Notes under the pieces: model-generated
Told to the model about the DNA's origin: nothing
The model's database searches: none
What the model saw: only the letters and a program-made list of their open reading frames with translations
Translations under genes and position numbers: made by a program
NCBI GenBank assembly: GCA_024762675.1
Contig: JANTGZ010000003.1
Location: 1 to 62,565, forward strand
DNA: 62,565 bases
Reading direction: 5' to 3'
From: Thermodesulfobacteriota bacterium
Lineage (GTDB): Bacteria > Desulfobacterota > Anaeroferrophillalia > Anaeroferrophillales > Tharpellaceae
Shown here: piece by piece, positions 49,414 to 58,331 of the stretch
Position numbering within the stretch: position 1 is the first letter of the stretch
Layout: every line of letters begins with the position of its first letter

Positions 49414-50511
49414 ATGACCACAGAAACCATTGACACCCTGATTATCGGAGGTGGCCTCAGCGGTATCTATGCCGCCTATCTTCTGGCTCAAAGAGATGAA
49501 TCTTTTGTCCTTCTCGAAGCCCGGGAACGTCTCGGCGGCAGGGTTTTGAGCCCCGAATATGAGAATTTTTTTTCTGATCTCGGCCCTTCGTGGTACTGGC
49601 CTGATATTCACCCGAAAATGGCACAGCTTATTGAGGAGCTCGACCTTAAAGGTTTTCGCCAGTATGAAGAAGGTTACGGCCGTTTTCAACGCCCCAACGG
49701 GGAGGTCCAGACAGTCAGTGGCTACGCGACAGAACCCCTCTCCTGGCGCCTGCAAGGCGGCATGATGGCCCTGATCACAAAACTCTGCAAAAAGATCCCT
49801 GAAAATGCCACCAAACTCAACCACCCGGTCTGCCACATCGAAAAAACGGGTAGTGAAGCTTTTGTCAGCGTCGGCGAGCTGGAAAGAGAACCCTGGACCC
49901 GATTCAGAGCCAAAAAAATAATTCTCGCCCTGCCCCCGCGGCTTGCCGCCTCAACTATTCTCTTTACCCCCGACCTGCCTGACAACCTGACTCAGGCGAT
50001 GCTTAAAATCGGCACCTGGATGGCAGGCCAGGCTAAATTTACCGCCCTCTATGAAAAACCTTTCTGGCGCCAGGCAAAACTCTCGGGACAGGCCTTCAGC
50101 CAGCGCGGGCCCATGGGCGAACTCCACGATGCCTCAAACAACGGACAAGGCCCCTTCGGGCTGACCGGTTTTGTCGGTATCCCGGCAGCCCAACGCAGCC
50201 ATCAACAACAGCTCATAAAGGCAATCCTCTTCCAGCTTGAACTCATCTACGGTAAACCAGCAGGCCAGCCAACAACCCTTTTCTATAGAGATTGGGCTCA
50301 CGAACAGTTTACCGCCACCAAACTCGACCAACCCCCAATGTATGAACACCCAATCTATTCCCCCCCGGCCCGGCAAACCTCATTCTGGGACGGCATCATC
50401 CATTTCGCCGGCACTGAAACGGCCACCAAAAACGGCGGCTACCTCGAAGGTGCCCTGGGCGCCGCCGAACGAGCCGTGGTACTACAAACAACCAAGTTAA
50501 CTCGCATTTAA
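49414..50511 (+). CDS. Flavin monoamine oxidase-family protein
   Basis: IIGGGLSG, LLEARERLGGR, DLGPSWYWP, HFAGTETA...GGYLEGAL. Confidence 0.9.
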   Translation: MTTETIDTLIIGGGLSGIYAAYLLAQRDESFVLLEARERLGGRVLSPEYENFFSDLGPSWYWPDIHPKMAQLIEELDLKGFRQYEEGYGRFQRPNGEVQTVSGYATEPLSWRLQGGMMALITKLCKKIPENATKLNHPVCHIEKTGSEAFVSVGELEREPWTRFRAKKIILALPPRLAASTILFTPDLPDNLTQAMLKIGTWMAGQAKFTALYEKPFWRQAKLSGQAFSQRGPMGELHDASNNGQGPFGLTGFVGIPAAQRSHQQQLIKAILFQLELIYGKPAGQPTTLFYRDWAHEQFTATKLDQPPMYEHPIYSPPARQTSFWDGIIHFAGTETATKNGGYLEGALGAAERAVVLQTTKLTRI

Positions 50512-50541
50512 TTGCGAATTAACACAATAAAAAAGCATTTT

Positions 50542-50648
50542 TCGTCAATTTTGTCGACTTATAACGTCACAAGCAATATAAAACTTGCAAATCGCAATGA
50601 ATGTCGATATAGTCGACTTATAAGCATACAACTCGACAAAAGAAACGA
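50542..50648. promoter_or_regulatory. Three TCG-N10-CGA palindromic operators upstream of hipB
   Basis: Sites at 50542-50557, 50592-50607 and 50633-50648. Direct repeat GTCGACTTATAA at 50553 and 50612. Confidence 0.6.
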
Positions 50649-50650
50649 CT

Positions 50651-51001
50651 ATGGATATTTCAAACACATTGACAGATGGTGCTATTCTTGCCGAAACCGG
50701 AAAACGGATTGCGCAGCGTCGACTTGAACTTCAGTTGACCCAGGCGGAGATGGCAAAAGAGGCCGGCATCTCCAAGCGTACGGTTGAGCGAATTGAAGCC
50801 GGAGGCTCGGCCCAGATGTCGACGATTATCCGGATATTACGAGTCCTTGATCTTTTGCCGGGTCTTGACCACCTGATCCCCGAACCCGGCCCCAGGCCTA
50901 TAGATCTGCTTAAACTAAAAGGTAAAGTGCGGCAACGGGCCTCGTCAAGCCGAAAGCCTGATCAAGCCAACAAAAAATGGTCCTGGGGTGACGACAAATG
51001 A
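50651..51001 (+). CDS. hipB: XRE/HTH antitoxin (HipB-like)
   Basis: RR...LTQAEMAKEAGISKRTVERIEAG; overlaps the hipA start. Confidence 0.8.
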   Translation: MDISNTLTDGAILAETGKRIAQRRLELQLTQAEMAKEAGISKRTVERIEAGGSAQMSTIIRILRVLDLLPGLDHLIPEPGPRPIDLLKLKGKVRQRASSSRKPDQANKKWSWGDDK

Positions 51002-52317
51002 GCACGGTTGCCGAGGTTAGACTCTGGGGCCGCACCATTGGCGCAGTTTCCATTGTTGAGGGTGCTGATCTTGCCGCCTTTGAGTACGATCCGAGCTTTG
51101 CCAAAAGCGGCATTGAGATCTCGCCCATCATGATGCCGCTCTCCAACAGGGTCTACTCCTTCCCTGAACTATCACAAAAAACCTTCCACGGCCTGCCTGG
51201 ACTACTGGCGGACTCGCTCCCCGACAAGTTCGGAAATGCTCTTATTGACGCCTGGCTCGCGACCCAGGGACGGAGTCCGGAATCGTTTAATGCCGTCGAA
51301 CGCCTATGCTATACCGGCACACGCGGTATGGGGGCGCTGGAGTTTGCTCCGGCAACCGGGCCTAAAGTCCGGCAGGCCACCAGCATTCACATTGATAAGC
51401 TGGTCGATCTCGCAGCGGAGGTCCTAACCCAGCGCCACAATCTGAAGGCTTCATTTGCAGACAAAAACCGAGAGCGGGCTCTAAAGGATATTCTCAAAGT
51501 CGGCACTTCAGCCGGCGGAGCTCGGGCAAAAGCAGTAATTGCCTGGAATAGATCGACCAATGAAGTTCGCTCAGGGCAACTTCCGGCGGATAAGGGGTTT
51601 GAACACTGGCTGATCAAATTTGATGGCGTCAGCGGTAATCGTGACAAGGAACTCGATGACCCAAAAGGTTACGGCCTCATCGAATATGCCTACGCAAAAA
51701 TGGCAAGCGACGCCGGAATAACTATGAGCGAATGCCGAATTTTCACAGAAAATGATAGAGATCACTTTATGACACGGCGTTTTGACCGCCTTGCCGGCGG
51801 AGAAAAACTCCACATGCAGTCACTTTGCGCAATGGCCCACTACGATTATAATCTCGCCGGGGCTTACGCTTACGAACAGGCACTTCTCATTATCAGAGAA
51901 CTCGGCCTGCCAATGAGTGCGATTGAAGAGATGTTTAGGCGTATGGTCTTTAATATCAGCGCCCGCAATCAGGATGATCATGTCAAAAATATCGCCTTCT
52001 TAATGGACAAAACCGGCGCCTGGTCTCTTGCACCTGCTTTTGACATGACTTACAGCTTTAATCCTGCCGGAGCCTGGACGGCCAACCATCAGATGTCAAT
52101 GAACGGTAAACGTGACGGTTTCAAACTGGAAGATTTCAAAGCTTGCGCAAAAGCCGCCTCAATGAAACGCGGACGTGCACAAACAATTGTCAACGAAGTG
52201 CTCGAAACGGTCTCACGCTGGCAAGAATATGCTGACGAAGCAGGAGTTTCCGGAAATTTACGTGACCGGATTCAGAAGACTCTACGGATGAGAGAATTAG
52301 GAATGAAAAATTCTTAA
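50998..52317 (+). CDS. hipA: HipA-family toxin kinase
   Basis: N-terminal couple domain (AFEY...LADSLPDKFG), GTSAGGARAKA, NQDDHVKN, LAPAFD. Confidence 0.92.
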   Translation: MSTVAEVRLWGRTIGAVSIVEGADLAAFEYDPSFAKSGIEISPIMMPLSNRVYSFPELSQKTFHGLPGLLADSLPDKFGNALIDAWLATQGRSPESFNAVERLCYTGTRGMGALEFAPATGPKVRQATSIHIDKLVDLAAEVLTQRHNLKASFADKNRERALKDILKVGTSAGGARAKAVIAWNRSTNEVRSGQLPADKGFEHWLIKFDGVSGNRDKELDDPKGYGLIEYAYAKMASDAGITMSECRIFTENDRDHFMTRRFDRLAGGEKLHMQSLCAMAHYDYNLAGAYAYEQALLIIRELGLPMSAIEEMFRRMVFNISARNQDDHVKNIAFLMDKTGAWSLAPAFDMTYSFNPAGAWTANHQMSMNGKRDGFKLEDFKACAKAASMKRGRAQTIVNEVLETVSRWQEYADEAGVSGNLRDRIQKTLRMRELGMKNS

Positions 52318-52342
52318 TTACATAATTTAGGGAGGATGGCTG

Positions 52343-53209
52343 ATGTCTGATAACGGTAAGGTTAAAACCCTGGAGTGGATTGAGAAAAAGATTGTCGATT
52401 TTGTTAAAAATTCGCCGGAAAACTCTCTAAAAAACGATGAAAACAGACCGGCTTGGGGCACTCCTTTAGTCGCTTTTGCCCGTGGTGATGACGCTCTCTT
52501 TAGCGAACAGAAAAAAGATATCGGGCCATTTTACTGGACGCCACCGGAACTATTCGAGCTGGCTTACCCTGAACTTACAATTGCCGACGATGAACTCGCG
52601 GTAATCTCCTGGATACTGCCACAAACCCGCTTAACCCGGCAGGCCCATCGCCACGAGAAGTCTCTCCCGGCTGAAGCCTGGAGTCGAGCCCGGCTTTATG
52701 GCGAACAGTTTAATGAACTTTTGCGCTCAAAAATTGTTGAGTGGCTCCGAGAGGCTGATATTCCAGCGGTTGCGCCATTACAGCTTCCGCAGTGGCAGTG
52801 GCAGGAATCCAAACGTTACGGGTTCGCTTCAAACTGGTCTGAGCGTCATACCGCTTATATCGCCGGCCTCGGCACCTTCGGCCTCAGTGACGGCCTGATT
52901 ACACCAGCCGGTAAAGCGATGCGCTGCGGTTCGGTGGTTGCCCGTCTGCCGGTAGCCCCGGCAGAGCGACCTTACACCAAATATAACGCCTACTGTCTCT
53001 TCTACAGCCAAGGTACCTGCGGCAAGTGCATTGAACGTTGCCCGGCCGAAGCAATCAACCATTCGGGCCACGACAAAAAACGTTGCGCTGCCTATATCGG
53101 TGAAATAACCTCACCCTATGTAGAAAAGAGCCTGGGTGAACCGGTCAGCAGCTGCGGCCTCTGTCAGGTCGCCATCCCCTGTGAAGCCGGCATTCCGCAA
53201 CAAAAATAG
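52343..53209 (+). CDS. QueG / reductive-dehalogenase-like 4Fe-4S protein
   Basis: SERHTAYIAGLGTFG, C..C...CP (CGKCIERCP), CGLCQVAIPC. Confidence 0.75.
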   Translation: MSDNGKVKTLEWIEKKIVDFVKNSPENSLKNDENRPAWGTPLVAFARGDDALFSEQKKDIGPFYWTPPELFELAYPELTIADDELAVISWILPQTRLTRQAHRHEKSLPAEAWSRARLYGEQFNELLRSKIVEWLREADIPAVAPLQLPQWQWQESKRYGFASNWSERHTAYIAGLGTFGLSDGLITPAGKAMRCGSVVARLPVAPAERPYTKYNAYCLFYSQGTCGKCIERCPAEAINHSGHDKKRCAAYIGEITSPYVEKSLGEPVSSCGLCQVAIPCEAGIPQQK

Positions 53210-53471
53210 TGCAAAAGCAAGAACTGATCGTTGGAATACCGGCCCTTGGAATGTTTTAAACTTTGTGCCTTTGTGCCTTGATAGCTTTACAAAGTAAAGC
53301 CGGATATTTACGGAGCCTACTTAAATGAAGATCTATTACTTGATCTATGGCATCTTTTACATGAAATATTCTGCCTTAAAATTGCGGCTTTTGATGGCTC
53401 GGTCGCGGAGTTTTTCCAAGAGCAAAGCGCCCGGGGTTTACTTGAAAGTTTAATGTCGAAAATCAACATCT

Positions 53472-54329
53472 TCAAGGCAGATAGATTTGACTAGGTACAC
53501 CTTCTCGGGCGGCCTCGGCCCGCTGTCTGACGCGATCATATATAGCCGTCAAGTCCGCCTCGATAGCATTCTCGGGACAGAGGCGCATACAGTTAAAACA
53601 GAGGATGCAGTGCTCCGCAAAAACCGGCCAGGGGGTCAGTGTCAATGCCGCAACCGGACATTGGGCGACGCACTCGCCGCATTGCGTACAAACATCTTCG
53701 TTCACAGTTCGTTGCGGAAGAATTCCTTTAGCAATCTGAAGATTGAGTTTAAGCATATCCTCCACCATGGGGCGTGGTTGATATTCGAGGATTGCGGGAA
53801 GCAGTAGCAGAGGTTCCGGTAAACCCAGATTTTTCTCCACCCCATCCACCAATTCCTCAAGCAGACGGTCATCTGCTGCATTTGGATGACCTAAGCCCAC
53901 CGGATTTTCCAGTTGCCACATCAACGAATGGACCGCCAAGATCTTGGCTGCTGCAATCACGCCATAACCCCGCGCTGCCAGAGCAGCCCCCATCTCTTCC
54001 AGAGCCAACCCACTGGTTGCGCCACCCCAGGTTGCAAAGGGCACTGCGTAGCTTTGATTTTTTGCCGGCAAACGCTCTATAAGATCCACAATCAACGGCA
54101 GTGCATGGGATGCGTAAACCGGTGAACCGATAAAAACAGATACTTTTCCTTCGGTCTCAGCCAAGTTACGCAGTACCTGAGTCAGCTGTTTCTCATCTTT
54201 GCCGATTTCACAAACCGTCACTTCCCGTTTGCCCAGTTTAAGTTTGCTCTCGATAACTTTAGCTGCATGCCGAGTCGTTCCGGCCGGAGAGCAGTAGAAG
54301 ATAAAACTTTTGAACGTTGTTTCAGCCAT
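53472..54329 (-). CDS. EFR1-family flavodoxin-ferredoxin fusion
   Basis: Y.SPAGTT, GSPVY, CTQCGECVAQCP, CILCFNCMRLCP. Confidence 0.85.
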   Translation of the reverse strand: MAETTFKSFIFYCSPAGTTRHAAKVIESKLKLGKREVTVCEIGKDEKQLTQVLRNLAETEGKVSVFIGSPVYASHALPLIVDLIERLPAKNQSYAVPFATWGGATSGLALEEMGAALAARGYGVIAAAKILAVHSLMWQLENPVGLGHPNAADDRLLEELVDGVEKNLGLPEPLLLLPAILEYQPRPMVEDMLKLNLQIAKGILPQRTVNEDVCTQCGECVAQCPVAALTLTPWPVFAEHCILCFNCMRLCPENAIEADLTAIYDRVRQRAEAAREGVPSQIYLP

Positions 54330-54384
54330 TTTCCGGAAACCTCATGAGCGTCTAAGTTAATAAAAAATATTTCGGTGACAATAC

Positions 54385-54425
54385 CAAGAAAAGGGGTTGC
54401 AAACTTATTGCGACCCCTTTTCTTG
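54385..54425 (-). terminator. Rho-independent (possibly bidirectional) terminator after the small peptide gene
   Basis: CAAGAAAAGGGGTTGCAA / TTGCGACCCCTTTTCTTG. Confidence 0.8.
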
Positions 54426-54497
54426 CCTAATGATTTTAAAACCGTTTCAATAGTCGAAAGACATGCTGAGAAAAGATAACAAAAAGACCGCCCTTAA

Positions 54498-54659
54498 TCA
54501 CTTCCAAAACGGATTTTCGTCATCCCATTGCCACATGTGAGCATCGCCTTTAGCTTTTTCACCACGAACCTTGTGGGTGCACTGGCCGCCGCCGGCGAAA
54601 GCCAGAGAAGTAACAGCCAGCATTGCCATAACCAGCATAAGTACTAAAACTTTTTTCAT
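54498..54659 (-). CDS. 53-aa secreted peptide (22-aa signal plus 31-aa mature part)
   Basis: GGGAGG RBS; MKKVLVLMLVMAMLAVTSLAFA / GGGQCTHKVRGEKAKGDAHMWQWDDENPFWK; own promoter and terminator. Confidence 0.75.
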   Translation of the reverse strand: MKKVLVLMLVMAMLAVTSLAFAGGGQCTHKVRGEKAKGDAHMWQWDDENPFWK

Positions 54660-54719
54660 CTTGAACCCTCCCCATCTAGATCTAAAGGTTATGTTACCAG
54701 GTGTCGAGTCCAAATAATC

Positions 54720-54734
54720 GCAATAATTGTGCCA
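54720..54734 (-). promoter_or_regulatory. Sigma54 -24/-12 promoter of the peptide gene
   Basis: Minus strand TGGCAC-AATTA-TTGC. Confidence 0.75.
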
Positions 54735-54801
54735 CGACCCAGCTAGCACAATATCCTGAATTATAGCCCAAGTTCTAAAAAAAGCCTTCGACGAAAGTGT
54801 T

Positions 54802-54827
54802 TTTTATCGACAATTTTGTCGATAAAA
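54802..54827. promoter_or_regulatory. Palindromic upstream activator or operator site
   Basis: TTTTATCGACAA-TT-TTGTCGATAAAA, about 70-95 bp upstream of the sigma54 element. Confidence 0.65.
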
Positions 54828-54862
54828 TTGTTAGGCTGGGATAACCGAAAATATTAAAACTA

Positions 54863-56494
54863 CTACGCCTCTTTGCGCTTCTCTTCATCTCTGATTTCGC
54901 GGCGCAGGAGTTTACCGACTTTTGATTTAGGCAGCATATCGCGAAACTCGATGTAGTGGGGAATCTTGTAGGGGGCCATCCGTTTGCGGCACCAGCCCGT
55001 TAAGGTTTCGCCATCAACCCCTTTGGCATCCTCTTTGAGAACGACGATGGCTTTGATGCGCTCGCCGCAACTGGCATCCGGGATACCAACCGCACAAGCT
55101 CCCATAACCGTGGGGTGATCTTGAAGAACAGCTTCAATTTCAGAGGCAGAAATACGGTAGGCCTTATATTTTATGGTATCTGCAGTTCTTTCGACAAACC
55201 GGATCTCACCATTTTCATCAATGCAGACATAGTCACCCATACGATAGAAGACCTCATCACCGATCTTGACATAGGAAGCTTTAGTCTCCTCCGGTTTATT
55301 CCAGTAATTTTTAATTGTATAGACCGAGCTTACCAACAGCTCTCCGGTAGCCCCGACCTCAACCTCCTTTAGAGTTTCAGGGTCGACCACCAGACAGCGC
55401 CGTGAGGGCAGGATACTGCCGACCGTCCGAGGGTCGGGGTCCTGATCAAGACAGCTGTAGGTCAGATGACCGACCTCGGTCGAGCCGTAAACCTGATAGA
55501 GAGGGTCGCCGGTTAACTCCAACCAGCGTTTAAATATTTCACCCGGCAATACGTCCCCCCCACAATAGCAGTACTTTAGTGATGAAATATCGTAGCCGGA
55601 TAAACGGTCATTTTCAAGAATCATACGGTAGAGAGCCGGCACTCCAAGCATCCAACGGACATTGAAACGTTCTATTTCGCGCAGAGTTGCATCAACCTCC
55701 GGAATCGGCATCAGCACCGTTGTGATACCGAAATTGAGGCCCGCAGCCAGCAAAAAACCTTTGGCCATAATGTGAAAAAGCGGATTCACCATGATCATGG
55801 TATCGTTGCCTTCATTGATATAACCACGAAAAAGATCCATGACATCACTGACATACGAAACCTCGCCGGCATGACTGCCGGGCACGCCTTTGGGAAAGCC
55901 GGTGGTCCCGCCGGTGTACATAATATAGGCGAGATCTTCGTCGGCATCAATATCGACGGCTGGAGGCTGAGGCGGGGCTTTGCGCAGAAGTTCATTGAAA
56001 CGGTAGATATTTTCTCCGCGAACGGTGCTACCCTTAGGGATTTTATCGACCAGATTACCGAAAACCTTCTGCCAGGTATAGAGCATATCAGTCAAGTTAG
56101 TAATAATTATCCGCTTTAAAGGGTGCCGGCGATCAACCTCCTTAACATAACCAAAATTGGTGTCCATGCAGAGAACCGTCTCAACCTCGGCATCTTCGAC
56201 CATGTAGAGTAGTTCATGCGAAGTGTAAATCGGCGACACCGGCACAACCACGGCGCCAATTTTCTGGATAGCGAAGTTAGCTATGACCCATTGCGGAGAG
56301 TTACCCATATAGATCATGACCTTGTCCTGATGCTCAACGCCTAAATGATGCAGAGCGGTAGCGAACTGGTCGATCATCTGCTTAAGAAATCGGTATGAGA
56401 ATTTCCGCCCCAGGTAGATCAGAGCGTTGCTCTCTGGATATTTCAGGCTGGCCTCTTCAAAAGCTGAAAAAGTATAGACTTGACTTTGATCCAT
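54863..56494 (-). CDS. AMP-forming acyl-CoA ligase (FadD-like)
   Basis: YTGGTTGFPKG, YGSTE, YRMGD, LPKSKVGKLLRR. Confidence 0.93.
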   Translation of the reverse strand: MDQSQVYTFSAFEEASLKYPESNALIYLGRKFSYRFLKQMIDQFATALHHLGVEHQDKVMIYMGNSPQWVIANFAIQKIGAVVVPVSPIYTSHELLYMVEDAEVETVLCMDTNFGYVKEVDRRHPLKRIIITNLTDMLYTWQKVFGNLVDKIPKGSTVRGENIYRFNELLRKAPPQPPAVDIDADEDLAYIMYTGGTTGFPKGVPGSHAGEVSYVSDVMDLFRGYINEGNDTMIMVNPLFHIMAKGFLLAAGLNFGITTVLMPIPEVDATLREIERFNVRWMLGVPALYRMILENDRLSGYDISSLKYCYCGGDVLPGEIFKRWLELTGDPLYQVYGSTEVGHLTYSCLDQDPDPRTVGSILPSRRCLVVDPETLKEVEVGATGELLVSSVYTIKNYWNKPEETKASYVKIGDEVFYRMGDYVCIDENGEIRFVERTADTIKYKAYRISASEIEAVLQDHPTVMGACAVGIPDASCGERIKAIVVLKEDAKGVDGETLTGWCRKRMAPYKIPHYIEFRDMLPKSKVGKLLRREIRDEEKRKEA

Positions 56495-56557
56495 ATCATA
56501 CCCTAATCCGGCCTGGCCGGAGCCAAACAGGTTATCTAAAAAATTCGTTCTTCACTA

Positions 56558-56625
56558 TTTAGCCACGAAATTGCACGAAAAAAGCACGAACTTTTTGTGT
56601 AATTTCGTGTATTTTCGTGGCTAAA
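56558..56625. repeat. REP-like palindrome built from CACGAA units
   Basis: TTTAGCCACGAAA / TTTCGTGGCTAAA ends, 3+3 units at 10-11-bp period. Confidence 0.8.
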
Positions 56626-56672
56626 AAATTGGCTGCTTCATGTTAAATTTCATTGGAAAGGTACTGATTTAG

Positions 56673-57419
56673 TCAGACTCCAAAATAGGCCGCTTTGACA
56701 TCGGGATTATCGAGCAGTTCCTGACCGGAACCGGACATAACTCGAGAGCCGTTCTCCATGATGTAGGCGTAGTCAACAACCGGAATAACCGGCCGCGCAA
56801 ACTGTTCAGTGATTATAATCGAAATTTCTTTCATCTCCCGAATACGTTTGACCGATTCCATGACAACCTGCTGATAGGCCGGGCTTAAGCCAAGCAGTGG
56901 CTCGTCAAGTAAAAGCAGTTTCGGTTGAGCCATCAGGGCCCGGCCGATGGCTGCCATCTGCTGTTCCCCACCACTCAAAAAACCGGCCGAACGACTCAGT
57001 AGTTTTTTTAAAGGTGAAAAGATCTCCAGAACATAATCAAGGGTCTCTTTGGCCTCTTTGCGGGTCGCCAGATAAGCGCCGATCTTCAGATTTTCAAGAA
57101 CACTGCTTTCAGGGAAAAGACGCCGCCTTTCAGGACAGAGAACGACTCCCATACGAGCCCTGAGATGGGGTTTAGTCTGACTGATATCCTGACCAAGAAG
57201 AGTAACTTTACCCATAACGGTTATCTGCTCACCACCCCGCATCTTCTCCTTCTTCATCTGATCAAGAATAATCCCCGACAAGGTATACATTAAAGTTGAT
57301 TTCCCGGCGCTGTTGGCTCCAAAAACCCCGATAATCTGGTTTTCACCACACTTTATAGAGATATTGTTTAAAGCCAGCATGTTTTCATAGAAAACCATCA
57401 AGCCTTCTGCGACCAGCAT
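56673..57419 (-). CDS. Branched-chain-type ABC transporter ATPase (LivF-like)
   Basis: GANSAGKST, LSGGEQQM, LLLDEP, VKAAYFG. Confidence 0.9.
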   Translation of the reverse strand: MLVAEGLMVFYENMLALNNISIKCGENQIIGVFGANSAGKSTLMYTLSGIILDQMKKEKMRGGEQITVMGKVTLLGQDISQTKPHLRARMGVVLCPERRRLFPESSVLENLKIGAYLATRKEAKETLDYVLEIFSPLKKLLSRSAGFLSGGEQQMAAIGRALMAQPKLLLLDEPLLGLSPAYQQVVMESVKRIREMKEISIIITEQFARPVIPVVDYAYIMENGSRVMSGSGQELLDNPDVKAAYFGV

Positions 57420-57420
57420 A

Positions 57421-58188
57421 TCAGACCCCCTCATCAGCCCCGAGATAGGCTTCTTTGACCTTCTCATTGGCCATCACCTCGGCCGGTAAGCCTTCGATAA
57501 TTTTATCACCATAACTGATGGCCATAACCCGTTTGGCAACCTTAAAGAGCTCTTTCAACCGATGCTCAATCATAATAATCGTCACTCCGGACTTATTGAG
57601 TTTTTCAATCAGAGGTACCATCGAGGCAATTTCACTCATACTTAAACCGGAAAAAACCTCGTCACAAATCAAAAGGTCCGGATTAAGGGCCAGGCAGCGG
57701 GCCAGCTCCAGGCGTTTCAAATAGCCGGTCGGCAAGGTCCCGGCAAGTTTGTAAGGAACCTTCGATTCACGTTCAAAACCAACCTCTTCCAAAAGATCCA
57801 GAGCAATAATATTGCGGTCACCATGGCGACCACCACCTCGCCAGCCACCGGTTTTACGAGCTCTCGGCCCATAGAGGGGAATGATCAGATTTTTATAGGC
57901 CGGCATACTGCTGTAAGGGCGCATTATCTGAAACGTGCGACAGATCCCCAAATTGACAATATTATGCGGTTGCATACCCTTAATATTACGGCCGTTGAAA
58001 ACAATCTCGCCGGCTGAAGCTTTGATAAAACCGGTAATACAATTTATGAGCGTGGTCTTACCTGAACCATTGGGCCCGATAACCCCTAAGATCTCGCCTT
58101 TGGAGATCGCAAAGTTGATATCATTTAAGGCCGTAACCCCGCCAAAATTTTTACTCAAATTCCTAACTGTCAACATTGCCATACTCAT
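57421..58188 (-). CDS. Branched-chain-type ABC transporter ATPase (LivG-like)
   Basis: FGGVTAL, GPNGSGKTT, RTFQ, KRLELAR, V.EAYLG. Confidence 0.9.
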   Translation of the reverse strand: MSMAMLTVRNLSKNFGGVTALNDINFAISKGEILGVIGPNGSGKTTLINCITGFIKASAGEIVFNGRNIKGMQPHNIVNLGICRTFQIMRPYSSMPAYKNLIIPLYGPRARKTGGWRGGGRHGDRNIIALDLLEEVGFERESKVPYKLAGTLPTGYLKRLELARCLALNPDLLICDEVFSGLSMSEIASMVPLIEKLNKSGVTIIMIEHRLKELFKVAKRVMAISYGDKIIEGLPAEVMANEKVKEAYLGADEGV

Positions 58189-58205
58189 AAAAAATTAAAA
58201 AATTG

Positions 58206-58330
58206 GACGGCAAAGTAAAATGTTCAGATGCGAGGCACGCAAATCTTGAGGAACGAGGCGTACATACAGTACGTCGCAGTGACGAAGGCTTTGCGTAACG
58301 ACGCAGGTGGACTTTTTACGAAGCCGCGTC
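58206..58330. mobile_element. MITE-like repeat of about 125 bp with imperfect terminal IRs
   Basis: CGGCAAAGTAAAATGTTCA vs reverse complement CGGCTTCGTAAAAAGTCCA (14/19 match), internal GGCGTAC/GTACGTC hairpin. Resembles intergenic repeats recalled from deltaproteobacteria. Confidence 0.7.
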
Positions 58331-58331
58331 A

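Noticed and set aside
48352-49836. Long antisense ORFs 48352..48819 and 49282..49836 (likewise 27044..27520 and other shadow ORFs)
   Set aside because: They lie mostly opposite well-supported genes and show no motifs, as expected for shadow ORFs.
52343-53209. Respiratory reductive dehalogenase (rdhA)
   Set aside because: Only 288 aa, no Tat signal and no rdhB anchor gene nearby.
53285-53494. Start-less open frame of about 69 codons (LYKVKPDIYGAYLNEDLL…)
   Set aside because: No start codon or RBS and no recognisable homology; it may be a remnant but I cannot support that.
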